Notes: generated by a model from the letters alone, not told the origin. A stretch of 64,000 nucleotides of DNA from Octopus sinensis (GCF_006345805.1 NC_043010.1:49166001-49230000); one strand, 5' to 3'. Counted from the stretch's first letter, positions 38,476-52,040 are shown. Made by a program: numbers and translations.

Positions 38476-41400
38476 ACTTCTCAACTTTGTTGCTTAACTT
38501 GAAAGAAATAAAACCTCCTCTAAATCACACCCAATCTTTACAATAAAAAAAAAAAAGGATACATTCTATAATGCAAACCTTATATACACCCTGCTTGGGA
38601 AAAAGAGACAATCACAAACATATTACTTTTAACTATAAGGTTGAGAGTGGGGCTAAACAACAGTTAAGCACATCCCAGTTGAAGATCACCACACAATTTT
38701 TGTTTCCAGTTGCAGTAAATTTTATTTGCTACTCACTGAAGCTCACTATAGCAATTTCTATGAGCAATTTTCCTTTTCTCCTCCTCTCAACACAGCCATC
38801 TTAACAATTTATGTTTATCTTCAGTGATGTCATCCAGTCACTGAAGGTAAGCATACCAGCTACTTCAACATATTCACAAACTTTATAATTAGTAACAGAA
38901 AAGATACATTGACACAAATATGATGATTCTTTTGGTATACAAAATTCTACCACACAGATGTGATAGCATTTCGTAAAAGTAGCAGCCAAATTTCCTTTAT
39001 AGAATACTACTTTAAAAAATATAAAAAAGAAGATATTGGATGTGATGCAAGACACACTAAAAGACGAGAGAAAAACAAAATGACTGGTTGGTCACAACCT
39101 ATAAACTTTTAATCAGAGATCTACTCAATCAAGATTGCGGAGAACAACCACCACAATTGATGGCAAAAGTTACAAATGAGAAAGTCATCTAAACACAAGC
39201 AAATATTAAGAATAAATTTAAATGCTAAGTTTTCAAACAAGCTTTTTTTCATACTTAATATCAAACAATTGTATTTACCTACAAACTTGACAATTTATGC
39301 CCCAAGTTTTTATACTGTAGGCAACTTCCTCAGCTGTCAGTCTAAAATATTGGCAAAAGAATTTTCAACAGACATGAAAGGTAATGGATTCAGAGAAGCA
39401 ACTGACAAGCTTGATGACAATGAATTCCTAACAAAACAAGTCATTGGTTTCAGCCCAGCTGCTGCCGATCTCATATTTGAGCTTGACAGCCTCAATGCCT
39501 GTTTACCATCCTATTAACTTATAACAACAACCTCTCAGAAAATGCTTGCTCTCAAAGAAATCTCCATTTACATTTTGGCTTTTTATTTTTTTTTTTTAAG
39601 CTGTCATTGATGGAAATGAGTCAGTTAAATTACATCTTGTTTGTGTTCAACTCAAATTCCTTTATTTCCAAATCTCTTACACTGACCGTATTATCTTCCT
39701 TCAGACAGTTTCTACTCAGGTTAAATATAGTCATTTATTGGTAAAGAGATGTGAAGAAATAAGATGGTAACAGTTTATAAGAGAAAAATTGACTATTAGA
39801 GATAGATGTTAAGTATCTTATCTGCAATATAAGTTATAATTTTCCTTCCATATAGTTAGTAATTCCAACTTCAATACTTTGAATACATCTTTTGTCTTAA
39901 AAGACGAAAAAAAAAAATTATATTTCATTAGATCTCAGAAGTTCTGTATTTGCCACAGGGGCTGTGAATGGGAACATTACGAAAACAGGTAAAGCTGAAA
40001 AGATAAATAGGAAGAGTAAAAAACATAATGTATATATCCCAAAGCAGGGCAGTCACTTGGAACAAAATAGGGTACCCCATAATCCCTAAAGACCCCAGCA
40101 ATAACATTTGTTCCCACAAGGCCACAAGGAAATTACAAACAAAAATTCAGACAAGCTTTCAAGCCAAACTTGATTTGCTGCTCTTCCCTTTCAGCAAATT
40201 ATTATTAGAATGTAGCACTTTCTTCCACACTTGTTCTTTTCAAGCAGTTGAAAACAAAGTACTTGAAAACGTTGATGGGAGCTTGGCTCAAAATAGCCAA
40301 ATCCATAGTCCTTACAATCTTGTCCGTCACATTGACTATCGTCATATGTATCAGACAGAGGAAAACTGCTCAGCCTTTCTTAACAAATGAACGCATTGAA
40401 CTTAGCTGACGGCTGGAGGGATCTCCTAGAACAGCAGAACCTATCCCTTGCTCAAGAAATGATGAGAGCATGTACTTCAGTCTGATCAGATGTTTGCTGA
40501 GACAAGGCCCTACAGTTAGGTGGTGGTACATCATAATAATTCTACTCAACTATGCAGTGAAAGCTTGCAGTAAGAATAAGATTGAAATAATAATAAAAAT
40601 TGTATTTATCACTATGATTATATTATTACTAAACATTCTATTTGCCAAATATTATCTATGAAAAGAAGAGTCAAGAGCGATAGTTCCTTTAGAAAATATT
40701 GATAAACTACTTAGCATTTATAAAACTACTGCAGCTATCTGTTAATAAAAGAACAAGAATTCGAAAAAAGATTAGTAAATCTGCACCTAAACAAGCATTT
40801 GAAAACCAAAACAAACTGTTAAAGCCACACAAACATCAAGTTTTAATAGCAAGCTCATTAAAAGAAAATCCTCAAAGAATTGTTAATAATGCTAAGCTAA
40901 GAGGCAAGAACAATATGAAATGACTGGAATAGAATTTGGGTTTAATGGGTTGGACAGGTTCGTTTGATCAACAAAGAAGAAACAACATTTGCATAACACA
41001 CAGTTCACTTAGGACAGTTGAACTGCTGACAAAGAAATTAAAGAAAATTAGCGTAATAATTATATGTTTCTGAGGTTGTGTATGTTTGCTTTTCAAATCA
41101 CTCAACAACCTCCATTCAAGAAACAGAATAATAATAATAATAATATAAAATGATGATGATAATATAAAACAATGATAATGATAATATAAAATGATAATAT
41201 AATATAAAATAAATCTGCTAGTTCCTTAACATAAATCATAGTAGAAATCAAAAGAAGCAGTTTTAACTTGAAAAACAGCATGACAATTAGCAGCTAAACG
41301 ACAAAAATCCATTGAACCTAAACACAAAAAAAAATACTGCTAATGATAAACAATAATGGATGGGAATGTGTGTCAGAGGAAGTTGCATAAGCCAAGTGTT

Positions 41401-41569
41401 TATATAGTTTTACATGTAAAATCAAAAGGCTCAATATATGTGAAAGACTATAGTCTTTTATATACATATATTGTTTATGCATGCATGTAATTTAATCAAT
41501 AATACTGGAAGCTAAATATGTTCCTAGCCAACAGTATCCTCACTACATCTAGTTAATGGTCTAGTTATA

Positions 41570-41718
41570 TAGTTGTGTGGTAAAAAGCTTGCTTCCTATA
41601 CACATGGTTCCAGGTTCAGCCCCACTGCATGACACCTTGAGCAAGTGTCTTCTACCATAGCCTCGGGTCAACCAAAGCTTTGTGAGTGGATTTGATATAT
41701 GGAAACAGAAAGAAGCCC

Positions 41719-41720
<2 letters not shown>
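41570..41720 (+). mobile_element. SINE family B 5' half running into (TA)n (41721-41774)
   Basis: A/B boxes and body; the microsatellite is seen directly. Confidence 0.8.
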
Positions 41721-41776
<56 letters not shown>

Positions 41777-43899
41777 AGTTAGCACTGAGGTTTTAAAATT
41801 TCCAAGATTTTAATATAAACTAGTAGAACCAACATATGACCACAGACCAATGACAGAAACCAGTACAAAAATAAGTTCTACTTGTTTTTCTTTTTCATAT
41901 ATATAAATGAAGCATGACAAAAAACAACTAAAGACAAACAGAATAACTATAAACAAGGTCAGAGATTCCAAATGATATTGTTTATAAACTTCTTAATTCC
42001 TGTAATTTACCACTCCTTTCAACACCTGACATAAATTTTCTCCCTCACATCACCAAGCACAGAACCACAATAAAATTATCACATAATTCAAATACAAACC
42101 CTACCTCTAAACTATACATATGTTCATTTGACACTCCAGAAAAAAAAAATTAAATCTTCCTCAAATTATACCCAAGTGTCTTAACAACAACAACAAAAAA
42201 GGGGGAAGAACAGAAATACTGAAGTCTAAAAATGCAATAAGCCTACAAAAGAAATAGATGAGTGTGTTATGATAGGAATATCTTTGCTCATAAATCTGCT
42301 CAGCCAGGCTCAATTAAGGTCAAATGACAATATATCTGATTTAGGCACAAAACCTCAAATATGGACGAAATGTACATAGTTAATTATAGTAACCCCACTT
42401 CTTGGCTGGCACTTTATTTTATTGGCCTAAGAAGATAAAAGGCGAAGTTGACTTCAGCAGGATTTGAATTCACATCAAAATGAGGAACAAATAGGTTTTT
42501 AAACTTCCTAGTCTAAGGATAACATTTTTGTTCATCTCGTAAAAAAAATTGTGTCTTCCTCACCATCCTCCAGGACAATGCCTTTTCCTTTTCATCTGCT
42601 GAGACCACGAGGCAGTCTGACTTACAGGAAATTGTACATTCCATTCTTTAAATACTTAGATCCACGCAATAATTTATTACATAGCAAATTAATATTGAAA
42701 TAAATTTTTACAGAATGTGAAAATTTATTTCATTATATATACTATATTTTTACTTCACCATATTTATAAGTAAAAACTGGTAAAATAACATCTTACTAAA
42801 GAAGAAAAAGGAATTAAGAAATTATTTAGTTTAGATCAGACTGGAGCCTGGCTTCTCAGACCCCAGTTGAACTGTCCAACCCATGCTAGCATGGAAAACG
42901 GACGTTAAATGATGATGATATAGTGTCACTGTTTAACCCACACTAAGGCAACCCTAATGAAATTGATCCTATGATGAAAGCATTCCAAACATGACCATCT
43001 CTTGATGGCTTCTTATGATCCCTGATGAACATTATTATAGAGAGAATAGAAAAGAAGCAGATATTCTCATCAGAGCAAATAAGAAAAGTTTTCTTAGACT
43101 GGAACTGAAATTAATTTCCAAACATTTTTCTATTTTTAATATTGAAATAGTTTTTCAGTTTATATTATTCCGTATCATATCTAAATGATTTCCGTTGAAA
43201 TACAGTATCTAAACTAAAAGAGTATATCATCAACTAACAACAATTTATATCTATCATTTCTTTGTTATTATAAAGAACATTCAAGTTTAGAGTTCTAAAA
43301 GAGAATTAACTTTTATTCGTGTCTCCCCAGACATCTTAAACACTTTTCTAGCTATGCAAGTCTTATATTAGCCTAAAGTTGCTCCTGTTACCATCAATCA
43401 CAAGTTATAAAATGGAAGTTAAAAAATAAAATAAAAATGAGAATAGTTGACAGAAGCACCAAAGCAAATATTTCACAAAGGTGGTGGGAGAAAGTAACAA
43501 AGTTTTAAATAGTACAGGGCTGGGATAGACATTCTTTAAAATTTGACAGAATAACTGTTGAAATGCTACAAACAAGATAGAATTTGCTTTATAGGTTGTA
43601 TCACAAGGGTATAAGATAACTATTTCAGTTAAGTGTTTTGTTCTTATTATTCTCATGGCATGCTTTTGCTGCACTACCAATAACAGTTTTGGCTTTATAC
43701 ATTCTATTGTACTGAAAACATTCTACACATGCAGTGCCTAATAGTGCTTATGTCTGCATATTGTGTGCAGGACCTAATTTATCATGTATTTGCATGTCTT
43801 TTAACTCTTCTCAAGGCATCTATTGTTATAAGGATTCTCTTTTCCACTATCACATTCAGGTTTATCTTTATTTTCTGATCTTTTATTTGGATAATTTCG

Positions 43900-44470
43900 C
43901 AGGAGCGGCAGTGTGGTAAGAAGCTTGTTTCCCAACCACGTGGTTCCAGGTTCAGTCCTTCTGCATGGCATCTTGGGCAAGTGTCTTCTACTATAGCCTT
44001 AGGCTGACCAAAGCCTTGTGAATGGATATGGTAGATGGAAACTGAAAGAAGCCATCGTGTGTGTATGTGTGTCTGTCCCCCTATCTGTTTCTTTACTACC
44101 CACACAAGGGGCTACACACAGAGGGGACAAACAAGGACAGACAAACAGATTAACCCGATTACATCGACCCCAGTGTGTAACTGGTACTTAATTTATCGAC
44201 CCTGAAAGGATGAAAGGCAAAGTCGACCCTGAAAGGATGAAAGGCAAAGTCAACCTCGGCGGAATTTGAACTCAGAACGTAACGGCAGACGAAATACGGC
44301 TACGCATTTCGCCCAGCATGCTAACGTTTCTGCCAGCTCGCCGCCTTGAATAGGTCTGTCCCCCTATCACCACATGACAACCAGTGTTGGTGTTTACATC
44401 CCTGTAACTTAGTGGTTTGGCAAGAGAGACTAATAGAATAAGTACCAGGATTAAAAAAATAAGTACTAGG
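43900..44470 (+). mobile_element. SINE family B hosting a family C SINE
   Basis: Head to 44085; tail from 44354. Confidence 0.8.
44086..44353 (-). mobile_element. tRNA-headed SINE (family C, tail type 2) with 15-bp TSD
   Basis: Minus strand AAGGCGGCGAGCTGGCAGAAACG...GAGTTCAAATTCC...GCCTTTCATCCTTTC; TSD GTCTGTCCCCCTATC at 44071-44085 and 44354-44368. Confidence 0.9.
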
Positions 44471-44586
44471 TAATATAGATATTTAACAACCAGCAATAAT
44501 TCCTAACCACAAACCACTTGATCATTAAGTTCCACCTTGAAAGAATAACTTACTTGCTGAGTATTACGACTTGTTATTTACTAACC

Positions 44587-44820
44587 ATATGGCTTAGTGG
44601 TTAGTGAGTTTCATTCAGAACTATATAATCACAGTTTTGATTTCTGGACAAGTTGATGCTTTGGGTTCTTAAGCAAATTACTTCATTTCACATTGCTCCA
44701 GTCCACACAACTGTAACAGAATAATCCTACAAGGATATCCTGTTCTGGAGAAATGTGATTTCAGTCACGTTTATGCCATGGAAATTGGATAACTGGTCCT
44801 ATAATCCGTAGGACTTAAGA
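44587..44820 (+). mobile_element. SINE head F, tail type 2, degenerate
   Basis: TGGCTTAGTGGTTAG head; colinear with 61201-61445. Confidence 0.65.
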
Positions 44821-44879
44821 GCGTAATGTGTTTTGTCTCTGAAAAATACTGTGAGAGTAGAACTCATGCAAACAATGGA

Positions 44880-45100
44880 AACTGGATGCCCTTCCTAATA
44901 CCAACCACTTTACAGAGTATTTTTCAACAGGTTACTGGTATGGGTGTCCTTCACATGTCACCAACATGGGTACCTTTTACACATCATCAACAAGGGTATT
45001 TTTTATGTGTCACCAAGCACTGACAACAACCAAGATTCACTGAGCTTGATGTGTCTTCTCAAACACAGCAAATCGCCAGAAGTCTTGATCACTTGTCTTT
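44880..45100 (-). mobile_element. RTE LINE ORF end and partial 3'UTR
   Basis: Minus strand reads TSDQDFWRFAVFEKTHQAQ*, followed by GTATTAGGAAGGGCATCCAG. Confidence 0.75.
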
Positions 45101-45806
45101 TCGATTTAAAGATGTGCTCCTAGATACATACACTATGTCTGAAAGAAGATAAGGCAAGTATGATTTGCATGTTTTTGACCATAGATCTGCCCAATTAGGG
45201 ACTAAACAATCATCAAAGTGAACACATGAGTACCATCATTGTTTAAGTCAGCTTAGAAACAAATAATATTGATAGACTTGAAAGAAAAAAAAAAAGAAAA
45301 TTATATATAATCATTTCTATTATAAAACAATTTATTTCATATTAAAAGATCACTGTATCTAATAAAATTTTTAAATGTTTTCCTTTGGCTAAACAATTCT
45401 AAATTACATAATCGATTCAAAGTTTTGGAGAATGAATTGTTTTTTAACTGCTGCCTGAGGGTGCTTTTATGTGGTCAATTGACCTGCTAGAAACAGCAGC
45501 AAAATATCCATCAAGTAGCATTTAACTGTCTTAAAAAGATACATTATTTAAAATAGGCTTGGATATCTCTAAAAAAATTAGTATGGTCACTTTTGATCAT
45601 AGGTCTATTTAATCAGAATTTACCCTATAGGTAGATAACAACACAGCTAAGGTTGCCCAATAGTTATAATACCTTACAACACCAGATGAATAATTCCAAA
45701 TACCTGAAGAGAGGTTCATACAATCTAATAAAAGAACCACACAATTTTTCACTATACCTGATATTACTATATCAACTGTCAGACCCATTTTCTCCCTTCT
45801 CTAGAG

Positions 45807-46455
45807 CAGTATTTCCCAGTCATTTTAGCCTTGCAGAACCTTTGAAATACATTCCATGTTTTTAAAAATCTGTACAAGAAAAAAAAATTTTAAGTGCAAG
45901 TATAGCTGTGTGTTAAGAAGTTTATTTCCTAACCACATGGTTCCAGGTTCAGTCCCATTGTGTGGCATCTTGGGCAACTTTAGATCACATTAATCCTTTT
46001 ACTGTGGAAATCAGATATAACTACTCAAAATTTCATTACCTTTAATAGCAGAAAGCAGTTTTAAATACTAATCTACCTTTTGTTGAGGAATGTCATGTTT
46101 GAAACTATTTTTTATTGAGATATGTCGGTAGATATTTACCATCATTACTGGAATAACCATAAAATTTAATTTCAGAGCAAAAGGGTTAGACTTGAAGTTT
46201 GTATCAAAGAACCTGAAGAGGTCTCAAAAGAGTTGAGAAATCTTATCTCATCCAAAACCTTGCTAAGACGAAATTCCCCAACAATTCTGTATTAAGGTAC
46301 TTTTTCCCTGTAAGATCTTAAAACAGAGATGCTAGGATTTCTCAGCCTTAGGGAATACGCTGTGCATGCAGAATGAAATTACAAATATAGAATAAAGTCT
46401 TATTTCTAGTGGAAGCCATAGCGACTGCTTGCAAAACTCTGGTTGAGAAATGCTG
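45807..46455. mobile_element. Possible Charlie-like hAT MITE with nested fragments
   Basis: CTCTAGAG|CAGTATTTCCCA ... TGAGAAATGCTG|CTCTCAGG. The left flank fits the NTCTAGAN target; the TSD is only partial. Confidence 0.45.
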
Positions 46456-46747
46456 CTCTCAGGAGAGTGAATAAGCTTTCAAGTTTGGTGCTTCTGTAAT
46501 GATGAAAACAGTTGATACTTTAAAAGCAAAGACCCATCACCGAAAACGTGTTATGTGCAAATCAAATCATACAAAAATGAAAAATAAAAACAATAAAAAC
46601 TAATTTCTTTTAAACTTGTTATAACATTGGTCAATAAGGCTTAGGTTTATAGTCTTACAATCCCACTATTTAACAGTACCATACTAAATATCATCTTATG
46701 TAATAATACAGTATTATAACTAGACTCTTTCTAACTGCATGCACATC

Positions 46748-47105
46748 AATAATAATCCTTTCTACTAAAGGCACAAGGCCTAAAAAATTGGGGGAGGGGG
46801 ACAGTTGATTACACTGACCCCAGTACTCAACTGGTACATATTTTATTGAACCTGAAAGTGGAATTTGAACCCAGAACTTAAAGATGGCTGAAATACCTAT
46901 TTCTTTACTACCCACAAGGGGCTAAGCACACAGAAGGGACAAACAAGGACAGACAAACAGATTAAGTCGATTATATCGACTCCCAGTGCGTAACTGGTAC
47001 TTATTTAATCGACCTTGCGGAATATGAACTCAGAACACAGCAGCAGACAAAATACCGCTTAGCATTTCACCCAGCGTGCTAACGATTCTGCCAACTCGCC
47101 GCCTT
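46748..47105 (-). mobile_element. Two fused family C SINEs with different tails
   Basis: 46898-47105 is head plus tail 2; 46748-46897 is a headless body plus tail 1; junction GAAATACC|TATTTC. Confidence 0.8.
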
Positions 47106-47381
47106 TAAGAATAATAATAATAATAATAATATCAGTATTCATAATTAGCTAATGAAAACAAAACATCCAAATTATCAACTGGGGTGGTCAAATAGTGTCT
47201 CAAGTTGGATTATTGAATAGTGATTTTATACAATTTAAATACTGCTATGGTTGAATATCTTTCTTTTTTTTTATACTATTATCATTAATCAGTATTAATC
47301 AACATTTAATAATACCCAGCAGCTCTATAAGCAATTTTTTTCCCCTTTCACTCATATTTAAATTGAACAGGAAAGATTTAA

Positions 47382-47590
47382 CCCTTAGCATTCAGAGTAG
47401 TCTCAAATGTAATGCTTATTTATTCACGCAGTTTTAAATTAATCATGCATTATTTTGCAGCTTCAATATTTCAATGACGTGAATGTATACTTTCAGAATG
47501 ACATTGTAGGGTTGATGTGAGAGATCAGATCTGGTCATGAAGCAGGTAGAATATTTAGGCCAGATATAGCCAGTTTAAATGTCATTTGTT
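47382..47590. mobile_element. Family D MITE
   Basis: TTAA|CCCTTAGCATTCAG start and full body; right TIR is degenerate. Confidence 0.75.
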
Positions 47591-47779
47591 TAATACCTTG
47601 CCAGAACAGTACATCTCTTGTAATAATGACTCTCTAGATGAGAAGCCACTATTCTGTTTTTTTCACTCAACTGCTGTGACATTTCATCATATTAAAAATA
47701 GCCAGAGAATATTGTCAATAATTAAAATATATCTAACATACAAGGTTATTTGAAAACTATAGGGATATACATTATATAT

Positions 47780-48064
47780 AAACTGGCACTCGATTGGTTA
47801 TGATGACGAGAGTTCCAGTTGATCAGATCACAGAAAAGCTTGTTTATGAAATTAATGTGCAAGTGGCTGAGCACTTCACAGACATGCATACCCTTAATGT
47901 AGTTCTCAGAGAATTTCCTGGCAATATAGGTACTACTAATTTTTGCCAGCTGAATGGACTGGGGCAACATAAAATAAAGTATTTTGCATAAGGACACAAA
48001 GTGCCACCAGGAATCAAACTTATGACCTCCCAATTGTGAGATCAATAATCTATCCACTAAGTCA
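47780..48064 (-). mobile_element. SINE head F, tail type 3
   Basis: Minus strand GTGACTTAGTGGATAG...AGTTTGATTCC...CAGTCCATTCAGCTGGCAAAA, then an unrelated tail. Confidence 0.65.
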
Positions 48065-48415
48065 CACCACTTCTCCATGGTTGCATGGGCCAAACAAAGT
48101 CAACCAGATGCCCCTCCTGTTGTCAACCCTCAACTGTTTCCAAGCAAAGTAATATTTTCCCATGTTGAGAAATGTTTGCACAGAATATTGCAAATGAGTG
48201 ACATTCTTATACAACAATAATGCAATGTCAAGACAAGGAGACAGAGAGAGACAGACAGACACCTAGATGGAGGTTCTTTCACGTTTCATCCACCACATCC
48301 ACTCATAAGGCTTTGGTTGCACCAGGGTTATAGAAAACTCTTACCAAAAGGTACCACATAGGACTGGACCTGTAACTATGCAGCCTGGAAGCAAACTTCT
48401 AAATCACACAGCCAT
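48065..48415 (-). mobile_element. SINE family G (B head plus RTE-type tail)
   Basis: Colinear with 18285-18710. Confidence 0.7.
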
Positions 48416-48418
48416 ATA

Positions 48419-48732
48419 CCATATTTGATGGCCTATAAGATACACCTTTTTTTTTTACCCAAAAATGGCTTTAAAAATCCACAAGCATCCAGTGCACTCA
48501 ATGTAGGCTCAAACTCACACAAAATGGTATGTATGTTTACAAAATGCGTGCTGCCATCTATGGTATATTTATATCGAATGTGGAAGCAATAAATTGCTTA
48601 TAATTACCAGCAATAACATAGTTATATAGGTAAGTGGAGGAATTAAAACATTTTAGTGGTAATTTATTTTACAAAAGTATAGCCTAGGCTGCGTCCTATG
48701 CACTTGTGCGTCTTATAGGCCATCAAATATGG
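48419..48732. mobile_element. Tigger/pogo-like MITE
   Basis: 27-bp TIR CCATATTTGATGGCCTATAAGATACAC vs CCATATTTGATGGCCTATAAGACGCAC (25 of 27 match); TA on the left flank. Confidence 0.8.
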
Positions 48733-48921
48733 TGTGTGTGTGTATATATATATATATACACATACACACAAATATACATACACATACATATATGCATACA
48801 AATATATACATATATACAAACATACATATACATACATACATTACAAACATACAAACATACATACATTACATACATACATAAACATACATACATTACATAC
48901 ATACATACATACATACATTAC

Positions 48922-48956
<35 letters not shown>

Positions 48957-48970
48957 CATACACACATACA
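48733..48970. repeat. Compound (TG)/(TA)/(CATA)n microsatellite
   Basis: Seen directly; it explains the local YIH/MYV-rich ORFs. Confidence 0.95.
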
Positions 48971-49523
48971 TGAACTATGTAGAGATAAGATGGATGCAAT
49001 AAGGATAGTGAAGGGGTGAGACAGAAACACATAGAAAGAGGGAGAGAGAGAGAGGCATATATGAAAGATACCTCTACACTACAGTACTGCTTGTCCTCAA
49101 AAATATTAGCAATATATATACTAAGGAATAATTTTTTCATGGCGGAAGAAAATAACCTAATTCACATTGAAAGAATGTTTTATGATCTAAGGTTGTCAAA
49201 ATCAAAAACAAAAAAAAAAAGTGACAATAACGGGCATTGTTACAACATAGCACAACAGCTAAAAGACAAAAAGGAGGACAGCTGAAGAGGACCAAGCTTC
49301 CAATGGAAGTAGGTGTGTCAACAGGACAATTACTTTTTATTGAGACCATATAAAGCAGTTCCTTTTAATGAAAAACAGACTAGATGTATGAACACATGGT
49401 AAAGTTCTTGTGGCTTGTCATTGTAGGAAAAAAAAAAAAACCATCTGGACTTATGTTGAGATAGGTTTGGAAATTTGAAATTTATATCAGGAAGTAAAGA
49501 TGCACAGAATATACACATTTTAA

Positions 49524-49944
49524 CCATTTAGAATTAAGATTACTGTCAATTGTAATGCTTATTTATTCAGATTGTTTTAAATTAATCATGCATTATCTCC
49601 AATGTAGTAGTTTATTTTTAAATGTGGCCGTTACCAGCCTCCGGTGGCATGTAAAAAGCACCATCTGTACGTGGCCGATGCCAGCACTGCCTTGACTGGC
49701 TCACAGAGTGGTTGGCGTTAGGAAGTGCATCCATCTGTAGAAACACTGCCAGATCAGACTGGAGTATGGCACAGTCTTCTGGCTTCCCAGATCCCAATCG
49801 AACCGTCCAACCCATGCTAGCATGGAAAACAAACGTTAAACGATGAAGATGATTGTAAGGTAGGTGCGAGAGACTTGATGTGCCCAATTTTAACATAAAA
49901 CGGATAAAATAGTTGGGCTGGATATATAGCCAGTTGAAATGTTA
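49524..49944. mobile_element. Family D MITE with RTE-tail insertion at 49625-49851
   Basis: Breaks after TTTTTAAATG and resumes at ATTGTAAGGTAGG. Confidence 0.8.
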
Positions 49945-50219
49945 CTATTTATTTTTCCTACATATAAAGATCTTAAAATTCTCAGACATTGGTAGCCATG
50001 TATAGTACCATTTCATCCTTTTTCAGAATCATCAGCAAAACATAATGCAAGGCTATATTAAATATTTTATGAAGGTAACCCTTGAGCATTCAGATCATTC
50101 TGTCAAATACAATGCTTCAGGACATAAATTTACTTGAAATTCTGATGGAAGTTTTAGTTGAGATCACTTTTAAAATGAAAAGTTTGTGTCACAGAACCAG
50201 GAGCAAGGGATAGTATTAA

Positions 50220-50439
50220 CCCTTTCGTTACTGTATTTCTATTGAGATGCTCTGTGTTTCTTTCAATTACTTTAAATATACCAAAGAATTTAGTAAAATA
50301 ACTTAGTTATCATTCAGCTAGTGTTATGGACATAAATTGTAACTAAGGTTTGGTGGAAGATTTTAATTCAAAACTTATGAAAACAAGACATATGTACTCA
50401 GAGCCAGAGCCGGTTTCAGCTGGGTTGGTAATGAAAGGG
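50220..50439. mobile_element. piggyBac-like MITE (family E)
   Basis: TTAA|CCCTTTCGTTAC...GTAATGAAAGGG|TTAA. Confidence 0.88.
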
Positions 50440-51479
50440 TTAAGACAGGATACACTTTAGATGCTTTCACAGTCAGTGAACTGTAGTTATGTAGGGTGGG
50501 GAACCAACTTCCAAAGTACAATTATATCAACCCTAGTACTTGACTGGGTACTTATTGACTTTGGAAGGATTTAAACTATTTGAACTAAGAACATAAAAGG
50601 AGCCAACTAATTACCACAAAGTGTTTTGACCAACACTATCAATTCTGCCAGCCACTACAGTGATTTTTTTACACATTTCAGTCATTTGACTGTGGCTATG
50701 CTGGAGCACTGCCTTAGGTGTGTATATTTACTTTATAAGTTTAAGAATAAAGACCCTATTTTCTTCCCTCCATTTAAAAAACATAAAAATGTTTGCAAAC
50801 ATTTCTCACAGATCATAATAACAAAATAAGGAAATTTAATTTTCCTCACTAACATAACTGGTGGTGGTGGTGGTGGATTAATACTGAGAACCCAGACTTG
50901 TCTTTCATAATAGTAAACAGTAACAAGAGCACTTTGCTGTTTGTAGCAACAGTACTATGAGATATTGGCAAATTTCCAGCTGGCAATATGACTGTGACAT
51001 GAAATGAAGGATTTGCCAAATAAGTCAACACCCAACTTCTGATGTATCTTAGATTTTACAAAAAGCAACAGGAAAGTGTCATTGCTTCATATTAAAAAAT
51101 AAAAACTGAATTGATTGAAATTAAACTATATAGCCAGCAAATGCACAATGTGGCATTGTTGACAAAATAGCACAAAACTAAATATGAAGCGTTCAGAATT
51201 CATTATCAAAGCAGCTTTGTATAGTCAAACTACATATGGAAAATAGTAGATAAATTCTCTATTGTAGAGACAATTTATTCAATTGGCCTAATAGAGTCAA
51301 TGATAAGCATTATGATACATTCTGTTTAAAGTCATGAAATCTCTCAATCCATTTATTACTTGCCTACACACTGAAGAACTGACAGCAAAAATATGGACTT
51401 GGAAAACATCTAGAGAGGAGGTCAGCATTATTGATGGGATGTTACATGTAGAGACTGCATCGTCATCACGGTCTTTTCC

Positions 51480-52040
51480 ATTTTGCCATGGTTGAAGTTT
51501 GTTTCCCAACTACAAGCTTTCAATACGGCACGTTGGGCAATTGCAGTCTTGTATAGCACTAACCCAACCAAAGCCTTCTCAGTGGATTTGATAGCAGGGA
51601 AACTGAAAGGAGCCCTTCTTATATACATATACATGCATACACATGTGTGCGTGTGTGTGTATAAGATTTAAAAATTACATGGATAAGAAAGGAACACATG
51701 AAAAGATTGCACACAAGACATGGACATGCTCTCCCTGATCATTTATCATCCAAAAATCCTATGTGTGCATGCTTGAATTTGCGTGTATGTGTATGCATGT
51801 GCGTTTCCTTGTTTTGACTGAGCAGTAGTTGTAAATAAGCATCACCATAATACAAGTGATGTCGTTCATATGCAGTCTTCTGTGAAAATATGTCCAGTTA
51901 TACGGGAAATATTAGCTTGCTTGCAAACAGATGAGGATTAGTAACAGGAAGGGAACCCATCTGCAGAAAACTTGCTTCAACAAATTCTGTCTAACCCTTG
52001 CAAGCATAGAAAAGTAGACATTAAAAGGGTGATGACAATG
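51480..52040 (+). mobile_element. SINE family G (B head plus RTE-type tail), interrupted
   Basis: B head at 51480-51625; body and tail at 51800-52040. Confidence 0.65.

Noticed and set aside
39176-39517. 113-aa ORF and a candidate 60-nt exon at 39321-39380
   Set aside because: No recognisable domain, and no compatible partner exons could be chained.
40028-40510. 120-aa ORF and a C/D-box-like ATGATGA...CTGA
   Set aside because: No protein similarity is evident, and the box spacing of about 42 nt is too short for a typical C/D snoRNA.
48706-49140. YIH/MYV-rich ORFs
   Set aside because: Microsatellite translations.
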